From the NCBI RefSeq assembly GCF_001194135.2, contig NC_068985.1, positions 86,046,385 through 86,090,345 on the forward strand: DNA of 43,961 bases, given 5' to 3'. Below, piece after piece: positions 11,301-23,765 of the stretch. Under the pieces are notes generated by a model, which worked only from the letters and a program-made list of their open reading frames with translations, ran no database searches and was not told the DNA's origin. The stretch is from Octopus bimaculoides. Taxonomy: Eukaryota. Both the position numbers and the translations under genes were made by a program. Each line of letters opens with the position of its first letter. Positions within the stretch are counted from its first letter, which is position 1.

Positions 11301-11996
11301 AAACATGGGTTCAGTTGAGTTGACTCTTAATATCTCTCAGATGTCTTCTGAGTTGGTCAGAAAATAATGTTTTACATTATGTGAGATATGATGACTACTG
11401 TTAAAAGGAATGCCTGGAGCAGAATTAAAACTTTAGTTTGAAGAATATGGTGTAAGTGAATCCAAAAGCTTAGCCTACAGCAATGAAACAGAATTAATAA
11501 CATATAAAATGATTAATTATTTGATGTAGTTTTCGTTTTTGGGTGATAGATAGTAGGGGTGCGGAGTGGGGCAGAGTAAGAGAAGACCATGAATCTCATG
11601 AGTTGCCACTAAAGCACTGCTTTGATCCTTGAAAGTAACCCCAGCTGGTTGTCAGGAGTTACAAGTGAGCTTCTTGAAAACCTGTTCTTGCTATGTTTAG
11701 CAGTCACGAACTAGAAGAGATGAGAAAATGAGACGTTGCACAACAATGATACAGGAGTGACAGTCATGAAATAACAGCTACGTTTCTTGCAGTCATGATT
11801 TTGAGAGGTAAAAGGCAGAATGTGTTAGAATTTAAATGGGGCGGGGTGTATATGTGTGCATAGGAATTGGTATATATATATGCATGCACCTAATACAGTA
11901 GCAGGTATATCTTTGTGTGTAGTCATTGTTTAACTTTGGGTCAGCAGTCCTAAAATCAATGTCAATCCAGCCATGCCACTCCAGTCTCTTTCTCAC

Positions 11997-12157
11997 AATG
12001 GCTGTAAGGTAAGAAACCTGCTTCCCAACCACATGGTTTTGGGTTCAGACCTACTACATGGCATCTTGTGCAAGTGTCTTCTACTATAGTCTTGGGCTAA
12101 CCAAAGCCTTGTGAGTGGATTTGGTGGATGGAAACTGAAAGACGCCCATCACATATA

Positions 12158-12195
<38 letters not shown>

Positions 12196-12391
12196 TCTCT
12201 CCACCACCACTTGACAGCTGATGATGGTGTGTTGACGTCCCAGTAACTTAACAGTTTGGCAAAAGAGACTGATAGAATAAGTACCAGGCTTTAAAAAATT
12301 AGAACTGGGGTTGATACATTTAACTAAAAATTCTTCAAGGTGATGCCCCAGCATGGCCACAGTCTAATCACTGAAACAAGTAAAAGATATA
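11997..12391 (+). mobile_element. Near full-length SINE family A
   Basis: tRNA-like head (GGTAAGAA..CTTCCCAACCACATGG..GGGTTCAG), internal (GT)n, 3' CCAGCATGGCCACAG..GAAACAAGTAAAAGA. Confidence 0.9.
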
Positions 12392-13521
12392 ATCAGAGAA
12401 AGTTTAGTTATTTGTCTTCAAAGTAAATGAAAAGCCTTAATCAGTTCTTAAATATTGTTGGGCTTTTGTGAGCAACATGTACATCAATTTGACCAATTGC
12501 AGAGAAGCAAGCTGCCAATCTGCTTATATGCTCAACAATTTGAGAAACTACAGAAATCTGGAGCTACTAATTTGCATACCATAAATGCTCAATATTTTGT
12601 TGAATATCAGGGGCCCAGCATGTGTCTTGTTTTCTTTTTTTTAAGACAGTAAGTTGTAACTGAGAAGGATTTCATTACTATTTTTAGCAGGATGTTGACT
12701 TGTAATGGTTACATTGATGTGTTTACTCTAGGTTCACCTTGATTAACCATGACCAAAGAAGTTCCACTCTTGACCATAAAGTATCAGCTAAATATTAGGG
12801 CCAATCCTGCCATCAAAACTGATGGACTTCTGCCTGAATTAGAAGCAATTATTTGTTCTGGCTCTGAGTTCAAATCCTGTCAATGGCAACCTGGTCTTTC
12901 ATCTTTCTAAGATAAAAAAAATAACAGTCTCAATCCATAGCAGAAAATTGGCAGAGTGGTTAGCGTATGGTTTCAGGTTCAATCCTGTGCATGTCACCTT
13001 GGACAAGTGACTTCCATTGCAGCTCAGGACCAACCAAAACCATGGGGTTGGAAAGCAAACTTCTTAATCACAGAGCTATGTAGGCACTCGGTCAAGAATT
13101 CCCACAACATAGTATGGCCAAAATATTTTATAATTGCTGAAATAAGCTCCCTAATGTACACTGTGATGCCTTTTCGTTTTTAGCACTAAGAAGTTTTATG
13201 ATGAGTTGATTCTGTTAAATGTATTACAGACTTATTTTCTCCATGCCAGAAGGAAGCAAAATGATATTGATAGGAATTATGAACTCACAACATAAAGGGA
13301 TAACATTAAATACCAGAAGGCACTGAATCTGTCATATTACAGCTTCTGCCATTCTCAGCCTTCCCTATTGCAAATATTACAAAGACACAATATTGCAATT
13401 TTATACAAATGAAGAGGAAATAAAATCATTGTAAAAGTATAGCCAAAATTTTAAAATACATTTTGATAAAATGCATATTTATATGTTTACATACGCCAGG
13501 ATTTTAGGTATATTAATATGA

Positions 13522-13560
<39 letters not shown>

Positions 13561-13760
13561 TATTTGTAACCAATGAGTTCCAAGAATTAAGCAGTAATTT
13601 ATGTCAGCTTGTATAAACAGCGTAAGCCTGAAACCATCCATTAATTCTTCGTTTATAAATTTATTTCAAATTTTCTGTTATTATCGATGAAGTGAAAAGC
13701 AGTAACGCAAATAACAAATAAACATTGCGAAAGATTTATTGTATCATCGAAATTGATCAA

Positions 13761-13821
<61 letters not shown>
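13761..13821. repeat. (ATT)n microsatellite
   Basis: Read directly. Confidence 0.98.
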
Positions 13822-13824
<3 letters not shown>

Positions 13825-14628
13825 TTTAACAAGAAAAATGGCAACCATTACAATTCCAACAAATTTAATATATCTAGTAAATGAAATTTTATTTAGACAT
13901 TGTAACTTGATTATTATTATTTTTTTAAAAATTTAATTTTGCCCTACCCAAGATTAAATTAGAAATTGTCATAATACATAACCAAATCAACTAATGAAAG
14001 GAAACACACACATGCATACACGTGCATGTACACACACACACATGCATGCACTCACACATACATACAACTTTATAAATTTTACTGGTTATATTGCACATGG
14101 GGCAAACAGCCTTCATAATTTTACAGCTGCTTGTAAATATCAATTTAAGCAAAATCCATCCTCAGTTAAGTTCTTTAAATGTCAAAATGTTAAGTTCCTT
14201 TGGAAGGAAACTTTTAAAGTACCCAAATTTTACTGACTATTTTTCTCGTCTTTTATTTCACAGTCTTCTTTGTTCAGTGATTGCTAACGTAATTCTACAC
14301 TAACAGCCTTCATCTTCTGTGTGATAAAAGCCATTGAGAAATGAGCTTGTGTGGCAATTGATTAGGATCTACTTGATGCAAGCTGCTGCTGTTTTTGTTA
14401 CTGGCAGTGTTGTTGTTGTTGTTGTTGTTATTATTTGCAATGGCACTCTGAAGTCTTTTGGAATATTAACAAGGCTGCCATCACTGCATCAAAGGCAATG
14501 ATAAGGCTTTACTACATCGTTTGCATCAGTACTCTCACTAACTGCACTGACATGGTGTAATTGTGTGTGAATGTATACGTGAGCTTGTATATTTGAACAT
14601 GTAAGCATACAAGTGTTCATAAACATAA

Positions 14629-14654
14629 ACACACACACACACACACACACACGA

Positions 14655-14682
<28 letters not shown>
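14629..14682. repeat. (AC)12-GA-(GT)14 inverted dinucleotide repeat
   Basis: Read directly; 24-bp complementary arms with a 2-nt spacer. Confidence 0.95.
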
Positions 14683-14688
<6 letters not shown>

Positions 14689-15619
14689 GCCTGCACATAT
14701 ATACACATAAATAAATTTATGCATCTAGCTCACTCAGAAATATTCTTTGTGTCTGTTATGATTTGATGTTTGATGATGCATATGTGCTTATATGCTTGAA
14801 TAATGATAATAATAATAATAATAACAATAAAGCATATAGATATGATGTTCTCTCCCCACTCTCTCTCGATATATAAATATATATATACACCCACACACAC
14901 AGGATTAGAGATCACACTGCAGTATGGGTTGTAGAGAGCTGTCAGGTTGGAATTGGTAATCTTATCTTATCTTCCTAGATACAGATACATATGTTCAGAT
15001 GCATAATGCACCCACAAGCACACATACACATATATTCATGTTTAATATGTATATATACTCACACACACACGGAAACAGTTTATAAACACTCACATACATG
15101 TATATCTGTACATACATATATATACACACATGCAGAGATACACCTTATGCATTCATATGTATAGACTGATATACATATAAATCCTTATGTCCATGTACTT
15201 ATGCAATCATACACATGTTCTGAGATATGAATGACTACATAAATACAATATAATATATATAATATAATCATATAACATCCGTATACATTTGATGTGTAAT
15301 CTTCAAAAGTACATCTCTTCCATCTGAAATTGACTGTTGTCATGGCTCATATCGACAGTAGATTTGCTTGTTCACCATTGTTAACATCACGTGTAACATC
15401 ATCAACTGCAAAACATCATCCTTGACCGAACGCATTATTAGCTCAGTGCAGGAGTTGTTACACTTGAAAGACATCCCATGAAAATAAAAAAAAAAAACAA
15501 TTTTTAATCTGGCATAGCAGAAAAAAAAAAAAGATAAAGAAAGAAAACATGGTAACATGTATGATTTTTCTTCTTTCTGTCTTCAAGTTTTTTTTTCTTT
15601 CTTTTTCCTGATTCAAGTA

Positions 15620-16110
15620 GGAAGTGCCAGATTTACAATCAGGTATTAGGTTTTCAATGCAGGATAGGAAACTTGTATTGTTGTTGAATTCTAAGATATT
15701 ATTCAGTATTCTGAAGTATATTTTGTGTGTTGAAAATCTATACAGACTTCTTTCTGTGGAAGAAAAATCTTCAGGATACATCTCAAGTTCTCATCAAAAT
15801 GGCAGAGGTATTATTAGAAAGACGACTTTCAGAATTGTTATTCTTCAATAGTTTCCACTTAACTTCACCATTCTGTTGAGATTATTACTAGCTTATTGCT
15901 ACAATAAAAATACTGCTACAGGCTTATCAATGGTTAAGCTAATTTGCATATTGTTGGTGCTAGTGCGACTTTGTCAAAAGTTCTCTATATTCAAGATGCT
16001 GCATGCAAATTTAAAAAAATTCAGAGAGTTGACATAGATTCATGTTTTAAACATGGTTCTTACTATGGAACAATTCTCCAGAGTTTAGATTCGAGTTTTG
16101 GTAAAATGAC
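15620..16110 (+). pseudogene. Decayed Penelope-like RT C-terminus, thumb and linker
   Basis: QSGIRFSMQDRKLVLLLNSKI..LYR..GYISSSHQNGRGIIRKTTFRI resembles H..IKFTME.E..L.FLD..I..VYRK..YL..SSHP..KRGII...RI; later VLTMEQF..IRVL. Confidence 0.45.
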
Positions 16111-16209
16111 AGAATTAGGGAAAAGATAAGATTTATGTCCTCGATGTTTACTTTCCCTTAAATTAAAAAAAACAAAAAAACTGATTCTCTTTCCTGAACA
16201 TTTGGGTGG

Positions 16210-16410
16210 ATGGCAAATCTAGCCAAGAACAGGATGAAATATTGGGTTATGTGCCAGTATGTTCTGAGTTCAAATTCCAGCTATATCCATTTTGTCTTTT
16301 ACCTTTCTGAACTGGATAAAATAAAGTAAGTACTGGAATTGATGTAAAAGGCTATAGGTAATAGAGTGGTGCTCCAGCATGGCCACAGTGCAATGACTGA
16401 AAAAAAGGAA
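16210..16410 (+). mobile_element. SINE (family B head with family A-type 3' end)
   Basis: GTTCTGAGTTCAAATTCC B-box; ends GGTGCTCCAGCATGGCCACAGTGCAATGACTGAAA. Confidence 0.75.
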
Positions 16411-16629
16411 AAGCTAATAGAATGAAGAGGGACAGTTCTGCAAATTCATGCAGTCACATTTTTATTATTATTGTTGTGGATGTTTTTATTAGAATGGTGT
16501 TTCTTCTCAAGACAATAACAATGAGCCACATGACTGTTAACACCTTTGTATTGCTACATGCCAGCTAACATCATTATATGACTACATGGTAGTCCATGTG
16601 TTAATCAAATTAGCCACAATATTCATCCA

Positions 16630-16728
16630 TTTGTTCAACATCCATGGTTTTCCATGCTAGTATGATTTGAATGAAATTCAATTTTGAGGCAAGATTTCAC
16701 AGCTGGATGTTCTTCCTGTCCCAACCAC
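16630..16728 (-). mobile_element. Antisense (GAT)n-module fragment
   Basis: TTTTCCATGCTAG and ACAGCTGGATG..CTTCCT..CCAACCAC are reverse complements of parts of 1-189. Confidence 0.7.
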
Positions 16729-17070
16729 ATGGTTTCAAGTTCAGTCTCACTGTGTAGCAGCTTGGCAAGTGTCTTCTGCTATAGCCTCGGGCCAACCAAA
16801 GCCTTGTGAGTGGCTTTGGTAGACGGAAACTGGAAGATGCCCGTCATGTGTGTGTGTGTGTGTGTGCGTGTATATATATGTGTGTGTTTGTGTGCGTGTG
16901 TGTGCGTGTATATATATATGTGTGTGTGTGTGTGTGTGAGAGAGAGAGTGCCTTTGTGTCTGTATTTATCCTCTCCTACAATTTGAAAACTGGTGTCAGT
17001 GCATTTACATCCCTGTAACTTAGCAGTTCAGTAAAAGAGAACAATAAAATATGTATCAGGCTTTAAAAAT
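16721..17070 (+). mobile_element. SINE family A
   Basis: CCAACCACATGG..CAAGTGTCTTCTGCTATAGCCTCGGGCCAACCAAAGCCTTGTGAG..(GT)n..GTAACTTAGCAGTTC. Confidence 0.9.
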
Positions 17071-17506
17071 AGAGTCAGGCTTCTTTTAATTTTGACTCTA
17101 TATCTTCAGGAGGAGTTACTTCAATCCTTTCTATATTAACCAAAATGAAGTAGATTGACAAATTTATTTTTTGAACCAGTTGAAGACACACAAGATGTCG
17201 AAATATCATTCACTAGATAACAATGGCACTCTTCTTTTAATTTTGACTCTATTATTATTATTATTATTATTATCATTATTATTATTATTATTCAACAGAA
17301 GAAGGACCTAGTTATGAAAAACTGGACTCAACCCCAAACAGAACTGAACTTACTGAAAAACTGCTAAGTTAAAGTTGCTGATACAAAATTGCTTCCCACA
17401 CAAAAATAAGTATTTTAGAATCGACCAAAAAATTAAAATGCCGACAGTTTTTGTTTATTTTACCTTTGTTTCTTTTTGTAAAATAATTCTGCAAATTGTT
17501 CAGTCT

Positions 17507-17717
17507 TTAACCATCTTGTACCCCACTTTCTTCTATGATACAAATTCATATTTTGAAATGATCGAAATGAAACCTTCCTTTGCAGTTCCAAGATCATTTA
17601 TGCCCAAACTCCATTTTAATACTGACAAAGTTATTTCAATAAATTCTTTATTATTTTCAAAACCAATTGAAACAAGGGTTGTGTATTTCAACAGAAGTAT
17701 GGCAACATAAGGGTTAA
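17507..17717 (-). mobile_element. piggyBac-like MITE
   Basis: TTAACC...GGGTTAA termini; reverse complement aligns with 35092-35310. Confidence 0.6.
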
Positions 17718-18479
17718 AGTGATCTATATTAACTCAACAACATTAAAGGCAACAGGAAATACTAAATGTTAGGATTTAAATTAAATTACATGAGATGATG
17801 TCTAAAGTGTAATGAAACGAGTGTCCACAGTTTTTTTTAGTCTGTCCTAGAGACAAAGCTAAGGGAATGAAGTTAACACATCAAATCTCCATCAAATGTG
17901 AAACTCATTATCATAAATATTCACTCAGATAGATATCTTTCTGAATTACAAGATGGTCTATGATGGCAGTGATATTCATTTAAACTTAATTCTTTTGAAA
18001 TAAAATTTCCTGTGTGACAGTCCTTTCTTTGGGATCACTGACCCTTCTATGTACTTTTAAAATTTATAGTAAAATGTCTGAGACTTAACCAGTGTTGGTT
18101 AATGTCTGCTGACATTCTAACCCCTACCACAACCATCTTTTCCTCTCAAAGTCATATGGATTAGACTTGAAGATTTATTGATTTCTGTGGTAAGAGCTTC
18201 CTGCTTATCTGATATGTTCCTTTTACAATGGCAGCTAAAAGACAGACTCATACTCTTATCTTTCACACACAGCAGGAACTTGTGAACTTTCATCTTTTAC
18301 AATCAACCAAAGAAAAGATAAATGAAATATATAAGTCATTTACTCAGCAGTTGAATACTACTATCCTGAACTGGATGACAAATGCAATGCGATGGCTGCA
18401 TGGTGTTTCTGGTTCAAATCTTGCTGAGTTTGACAGTTTGTTTATCTTCTTCCACAAAAGAACATATCTGAAATGTTGG

Positions 18480-18700
18480 TCTTTAGCTTTTATAGCATGC
18501 CAACATAAACACTTCTTGCCAATACTTTTTTTTTTAATATTTTATTAGTTGTTTATGTTGACACAAAGTCCACTTCACTAACTTTTATATTCTTGGAAAT
18601 ACAAAAACATAAATTTCTTTAAACTTTCCACAAGTCTTTGATTCAGTTTCATAGTGAGGAACTAGTGAAAGGTAAAACCCTTGCTTCTTCAAAAGTTTGT
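18480..18700 (+). pseudogene. Possible decayed Penelope-like RT core
   Basis: TLLANTFF, VVYVDT, TFHKSLIQFHSEELVKGKTL in the expected order but with short spacing. Confidence 0.3.
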
Positions 18701-18957
18701 AAATCTATTGCAGGTGGAATTCTCTGCCTTAGATTATTCTTTAATATGTGTCTCTTTTCAGACCAATCTGCTCTGGTTCGATACGAAATTCCTGTTTTAA
18801 AGTGAAGTAGATTAAAACCTTCCATCATAACTTTGTGTTAATTTATGCTTTAAACATTGGTTTAGTAATGATATCTGATTGAGGAATTTTGAAGGGAAGG
18901 GGCCAGTTGATAACACCAAGCCCCAGAACTTCTTTAATGCTTTATTGTATTGACATT

Positions 18958-19261
18958 TCTTAATGTTTAGGGTATTCAGCTGTTGTTGTGAGCTCGATTC
19001 CAGGTGGAGCCATTTTTTCCCTTGAGCAAGACACTTTATTTCATGTTGCTCCAGTTCATCACCTGGCAAAAATGAATTGTACCTGTAATTCAAAAGGCCA
19101 GCCTTGTCACATTCTGTGTCGTGCTGAATCACTTTGAGAACTATGTCAAGGGTACCTGTGTCTGTGGAGTGCTCAGCCACATGCACGTTAATTTCATGAT
19201 CAGGATGTTCCACTGATTGAATCAATTGGAACATTTGTCGTAATAACTGATGGAGAGCCAC
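18958..19261 (+). mobile_element. Near full-length SINE family C
   Basis: tRNA-like head (TAGGGTATTC..GAGCTCGATTCC), CCTTGAGCAAGACACTTTATTTCA, end TAACTGATGGAGAGCCA. Confidence 0.9.
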
Positions 19262-19675
19262 ATCTGACATTTGGAAAGATGAATGGCAAAGTTAACCTCA
19301 CTAAGGCCAACTTCATTGTATATCTGAACAGGATTAGTAAACTGAAGTACCACTCAAATACTAGGGTTAATATAATCCATTAATCCTGCTCATCTCAAAT
19401 TTACTGGCCTTGTATTTATATAAGAAAGCAATAGGGGTAGGAATCAAGGTATATCTTCTTTTGAGAGGGGTCACCATCAGATAAATAATGACTAAGTTAT
19501 TTCCCTAAATTCTTCTTTATTTTCAAAATAAACAGACAAAAGCAGTGAGTTCCAACAAAAGAGTTAAAGTGTTTGGTTGTGTAGATGCATTAAAAGTAGT
19601 CAACATGTATCAGAACAAACTGTAGTAACAACATGTTTACCCTCCGCCTCACAGAAAAGCTATTTGATTCGATGT

Positions 19676-19752
19676 GTTGCCCACAACATATCTGTGACAG
19701 TTGCCCACAGCATATCTGTGACAGTTGCCCACAACATATCTGTGACAGTTGC
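19676..19752. repeat. 24-bp tandem repeat, 3.2 copies
   Basis: GTTGCCCACA(A/G)CATATCTGTGACA three times, no spacers. Confidence 0.97.
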
Positions 19753-20667
19753 TTATATTGTTCATGTGATTCAAATTTCGCATGGTTGACAGGAAGACAT
19801 TAGAACATCTTTTGAAATGAGAAATACAGATGGAAGTAAAGAAGTAATGGACAGAAAATGATGACGGAAGAAAAGAGACAGAGTTTTATGTTTTAGAATA
19901 TATCTAAGAAGACTACAGACTTCTTGGATATACTAAAACCAACAATAATAAAACTACACCAAAACATAACTCTATTTACCGATTGTTTTCACTCCAGTCT
20001 TATTCATTGGTTTTCTGTTAATCCCAGCTTAGTGAAATTAGCCTTTGTAAGTTTGTAAATAGATTTTCTTTGGGATGTTTTTAGTTTTGGGTTGGCACTA
20101 ATCACTAAACCAATTTCTTTTCTTTTTGTTTTTCTTATCTTTGACTAAACCACAATCAATCTTTTCTCGTTGGAAGTTAATTCTGTTGAAAAGTTTGTTT
20201 TTAAGTCTATCGAGCAGTTTACTGTTGTAAAGTTTAATTACAGACAAGAACCAGGTTTAACAAAAAGTAAAAATAAGAGAAGAAATAAAAAGCAAATGAA
20301 TGTTGTCAAATTGAGTGAAATGTCAGTGGAAGGTATTTTAGTTTGGAAACAGAATGGTTCTGTTTCCCCTTCCTCATGTCCGTATCATGTCAGAATAATC
20401 TCCACTACAATAATTTTTCTTAATCCATGGATATTATTACATAAATTGCTAAAAATCCACAGTTTTAGTGAGACGCTGAGAGCAAAAGCTTTTGTCATTG
20501 AACAAAATGTCAGTTTGTGGTAGAAATAGCAAAGTTGATAAGTCAACAACAGCAGTTCAAACATCAACTGTGAAACCATTTTTTTAATGGCTATGAACGA
20601 GGGGTGGGGGCAGATGAACGAGAGGTGGTCTAGTGGTTGATGGAAATATTTCTATGAAAGATGATCC

Positions 20668-21083
20668 CCAACTACATGGTTTCAGGTTCAGTCCTACTGT
20701 GGGGTACCTTAAAGAAGTGTCTTCTATTTTAGCCTTGGGTTGGCCAAAGTTTTGTGAATGGATTTAATAAATAGAAACTGAAATGTGTATGTTTGTGTGT
20801 GTGTGAGTGTGTGTGAGTGTGTGTGTGAGTGTATGCATGGATATATGTGGTGCCTTGACATCATGCAACAGTTCTAAATGAGTTGCTGCCATACAAATGG
20901 TGCCCTTCATTTCTAATGTTCCATGAAAATATGACCATCCCTGGGGAAATATTACCTTACTTGGAAACAAGTGAGGGTTGGCAACAGGAAAGGTATCCAG
21001 TTGTAGAAAATCTGTCTCAACAAACTCTATGCAACTCATTCAAGCATGAAAGAGTAGCTCTTAAAGTGATGATGATGATGATA

Positions 21084-21134
<51 letters not shown>

Positions 21135-21135
21135 C
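20668..21135 (+). mobile_element. SINE family A head joined to the (GAT)n 3' module
   Basis: CCAACTACATGGTTTCAGGTTCAG head, (GT)n, GAGGGTTGGCAACAGGAAAGGTATCCAGTTGTAGAAAATCTG, long (GAT)n tail. Confidence 0.85.
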
Positions 21136-21739
21136 TTTACGTGTGCAAGGAAAGTAGCCCCAGTTCTTATTCTGGTATTTTGCCAGAAATATTAGAAACA
21201 CGACAGGTGAAAGGGTTGTCAAGTAAAAAAAATAAATATTTTTTAAATTTCCACATCAACTCCAATGGACAGAAAATGATGTAATAGATTGAAATTGATA
21301 TCTGAAAAACCACCACCATCGTATTTTTTAGAGAAAAATGTTCAATAATTAATAGGCAAATTAATAACATATATAATTATTGGAATATATAATTAAACTC
21401 AAATTAACAAAATACATAATTAACAAAACATATAATTAAACTCAAATTGGGAAATTCTACTCTTGCGGTAATAGTAGCTGTTGTTAATTTTAATTAGTGT
21501 TCTTGTGTAGCTTGTCATGTATATAAGGGTTTCAGGTCAATCCAGATATGGCAAAAGTGCAACCAGTTGTCATTTGTCAGTGAGTACAGCTTGATTAACA
21601 TGTACACTGCTTTTGCTAAATGTTTCAGGTGCCAGTGTAGTTATGATCAAGTACGGACATCCACCTGGGCCCTTCAATCTTGATACAGCGGAACATTGCA
21701 GAATTGACAGCAGGAAGGAGTGTGGGGGTGAAATAGCTG

Positions 21740-21855
21740 AAGAAACCGAAGCAATGTGAAATTAAGACACAGAATGTCACACAGTTCAGAAATTGAACCA
21801 ACAGCCTCGTGTTTGTGAGCTGAAAAGCATAACCACTCGGCCACATGCCTTGAAT
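21740..21855 (-). mobile_element. SINE family C head fragment
   Basis: GCAATGTGAAATTAAG..GAAATTGAACC..TAACCACTCGGCCACATGCCTT. Confidence 0.7.
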
Positions 21856-21973
21856 TTTATAGAAACTAAACATAAAACTGTATCTGCATTTGTATATAAA
21901 CAGGTGTAAACCAATGTCTTCCATTTCATACCTTTCTTAACATAATGATTTGGGAGACACGAATTGATAAAAT

Positions 21974-21999
21974 ATTACACAGCTTAAACACTGTGCGTG

Positions 22000-22032
<33 letters not shown>

Positions 22033-22033
22033 A

Positions 22034-22110
<77 letters not shown>
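21974..22110. repeat. (GT)n microsatellite
   Basis: Read directly. Confidence 0.98.
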
Positions 22111-22112
<2 letters not shown>

Positions 22113-22741
22113 ATTCTAATTCATAACTGATGCAAAATTAAAAACTGTGTCTTTGGATGTTCTTGTTGCACATGTCTGGTAAAAAGGTCATTTTAAACTT
22201 CCTATATATTGTTTTCTTAATCCAAGTACTTGAACTCCTCCGGATGTTTTAGTTTTGATGATTGGAGCAAGAAGAATCAGCAGAGCCTCAAGAAAATGCT
22301 TTGTGATATTTCCTCTGACTCTCTACATTCCAAGTTCAAATGTTGTTGAGTCAAATTTGCCTTCCATAGTTTCAGGATCAATAAAAGAAGTACCAGTTAT
22401 ACAGTAGGGATCAATTGACTAAGCTCCACCCACAAAAATGGTGCCCTTGTGCCTACTTTTGAAGTTGCTTCACCCTGGGTTAATTCTAATCCAACAGACC
22501 TACGATTAAAGGCAGTCCAGCTGTGATCATGCCATTTTTCTTCTTAAGAGCAGAAAGGGAATCCAAGACTACATAATTCAAAGTCTTCATGTTTTAAAAG
22601 ACAATTGCAATGTAATTCAAGGGTGATTTGGCTGTTATTTCTAGCAGGCTGAGCAACTCTATATATGTACTCTCATTTGATAGAATTGTTGTTGGTGGTG
22701 TGTGCATGGTAGTGGGGGGTGCCATGACAGTTTTGAGGTCC

Positions 22742-22930
22742 TCACAGGGATTGAGTGGACACACGGACAAGGATGGCCACCCAATGATTAAAGCCTAAAT
22801 ATACTGTGTAATCCGATACCTTTATATCAGAGCTAACGACATCGTCTTTTATTTCAATCATAAATATAACTTGTGGATTTTTAGCATCTGAGAAGGCAGT
22901 GAGGAGGGAGGATCTAATATTAGGCACTCA
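22742..22930 (-). pseudogene. LINE APE-endonuclease N-terminal relic (CR1-like)
   Basis: NIRSSL..NPQVIFMIE..DDVVSSDIKVSDYTVY..VAILVR resembles NIRSL..PDVI.ITETWL.DDV.DSEI.I.GY..GVAI.VR. Confidence 0.5.
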
Positions 22931-23220
22931 AATGCGATGATCAAAGAGGAGAATTATTGAACGCAATGCAACTTAGTAGAATCAATATTGCAAACCTGAG
23001 CAATCCATGTTTGTTATAGAGAGCTTGATGTGAAGTTGAGGAGAGTGAGATTGCCAATAGTGGTGGCAGTGGTGATGGTGGGAGTGGCGGTGGTGATGAT
23101 GATGATGATAAATTATTTGGGAATGGAACTTTTACTTTTTATTATTTATCAAGCTGAATCTTGTAAGCAGTATAATGCATTTTATACATATGTGTGTGTA
23201 TATGAATCTATGTATGTATG

Positions 23221-23254
<34 letters not shown>

Positions 23255-23765
23255 NNNNNNNNNNNNNNNNNNNNNNNNNNNNNNNNNNNNNNNNNNNNNN
23301 NNNNNNNNNNNNNNNNNNNNNNNNNNNNNNNNNNNNNNNNNNNNNNNNNNNNNNNNNNNNNNNNNNNNNNNNNNNNNNNNNNNNNNNNNNNNNNNNNNNN
23401 NNNNNNNNNNNNNNNNNNNNNNNNNNNNNNNNNNNNNNNNNNNNNNNNNNNNNNNNNNNNNNNNNNNNNNNNNNNNNNNNNNNNNNNNNNNNNNNNNNNN
23501 NNNNNNNNNNNNNNNNNNNNNNNNNNNNNNNNNNNNNNNNNNNNNNNNNNNNNNNNNNNNNNNNNNNNNNNNNNNNNNNNNNNNNNNNNNNNNNNNNNNN
23601 NNNNNNNNNNNNNNNNNNNNNNNNNNNNNNNNNNNNNNNNNNNNNNNNNNNNNNNNNNNNNNNNNNNNNNNNNNNNNNNNNNNNNNNNNNNNNNNNNNNN
23701 NNNNNNNNNNNNNNNNNNNNNNNNNNNNNNNNNNNNNNNNNNNNNNNNNNNNNNNNNNNNNNNNA
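23255..23765. other. Assembly gap (511 N) following a (TA)n run
   Basis: N run; explains the poly-X ORFs. Confidence 1.

Noticed and set aside
18812-19270. 152-aa ORF
   Set aside because: Antisense frame of a family C SINE.
19676-19752. CRISPR-like 24-bp repeats
   Set aside because: Head-to-tail with no spacers, no cas genes, eukaryotic context.
19900-20580. Possible PLE linker/endonuclease on the minus strand and a 117-aa plus-strand ORF
   Set aside because: Motif echoes (FCS..YP, YIQ) are too weak to support a call, and the ORF has no recognisable domain.
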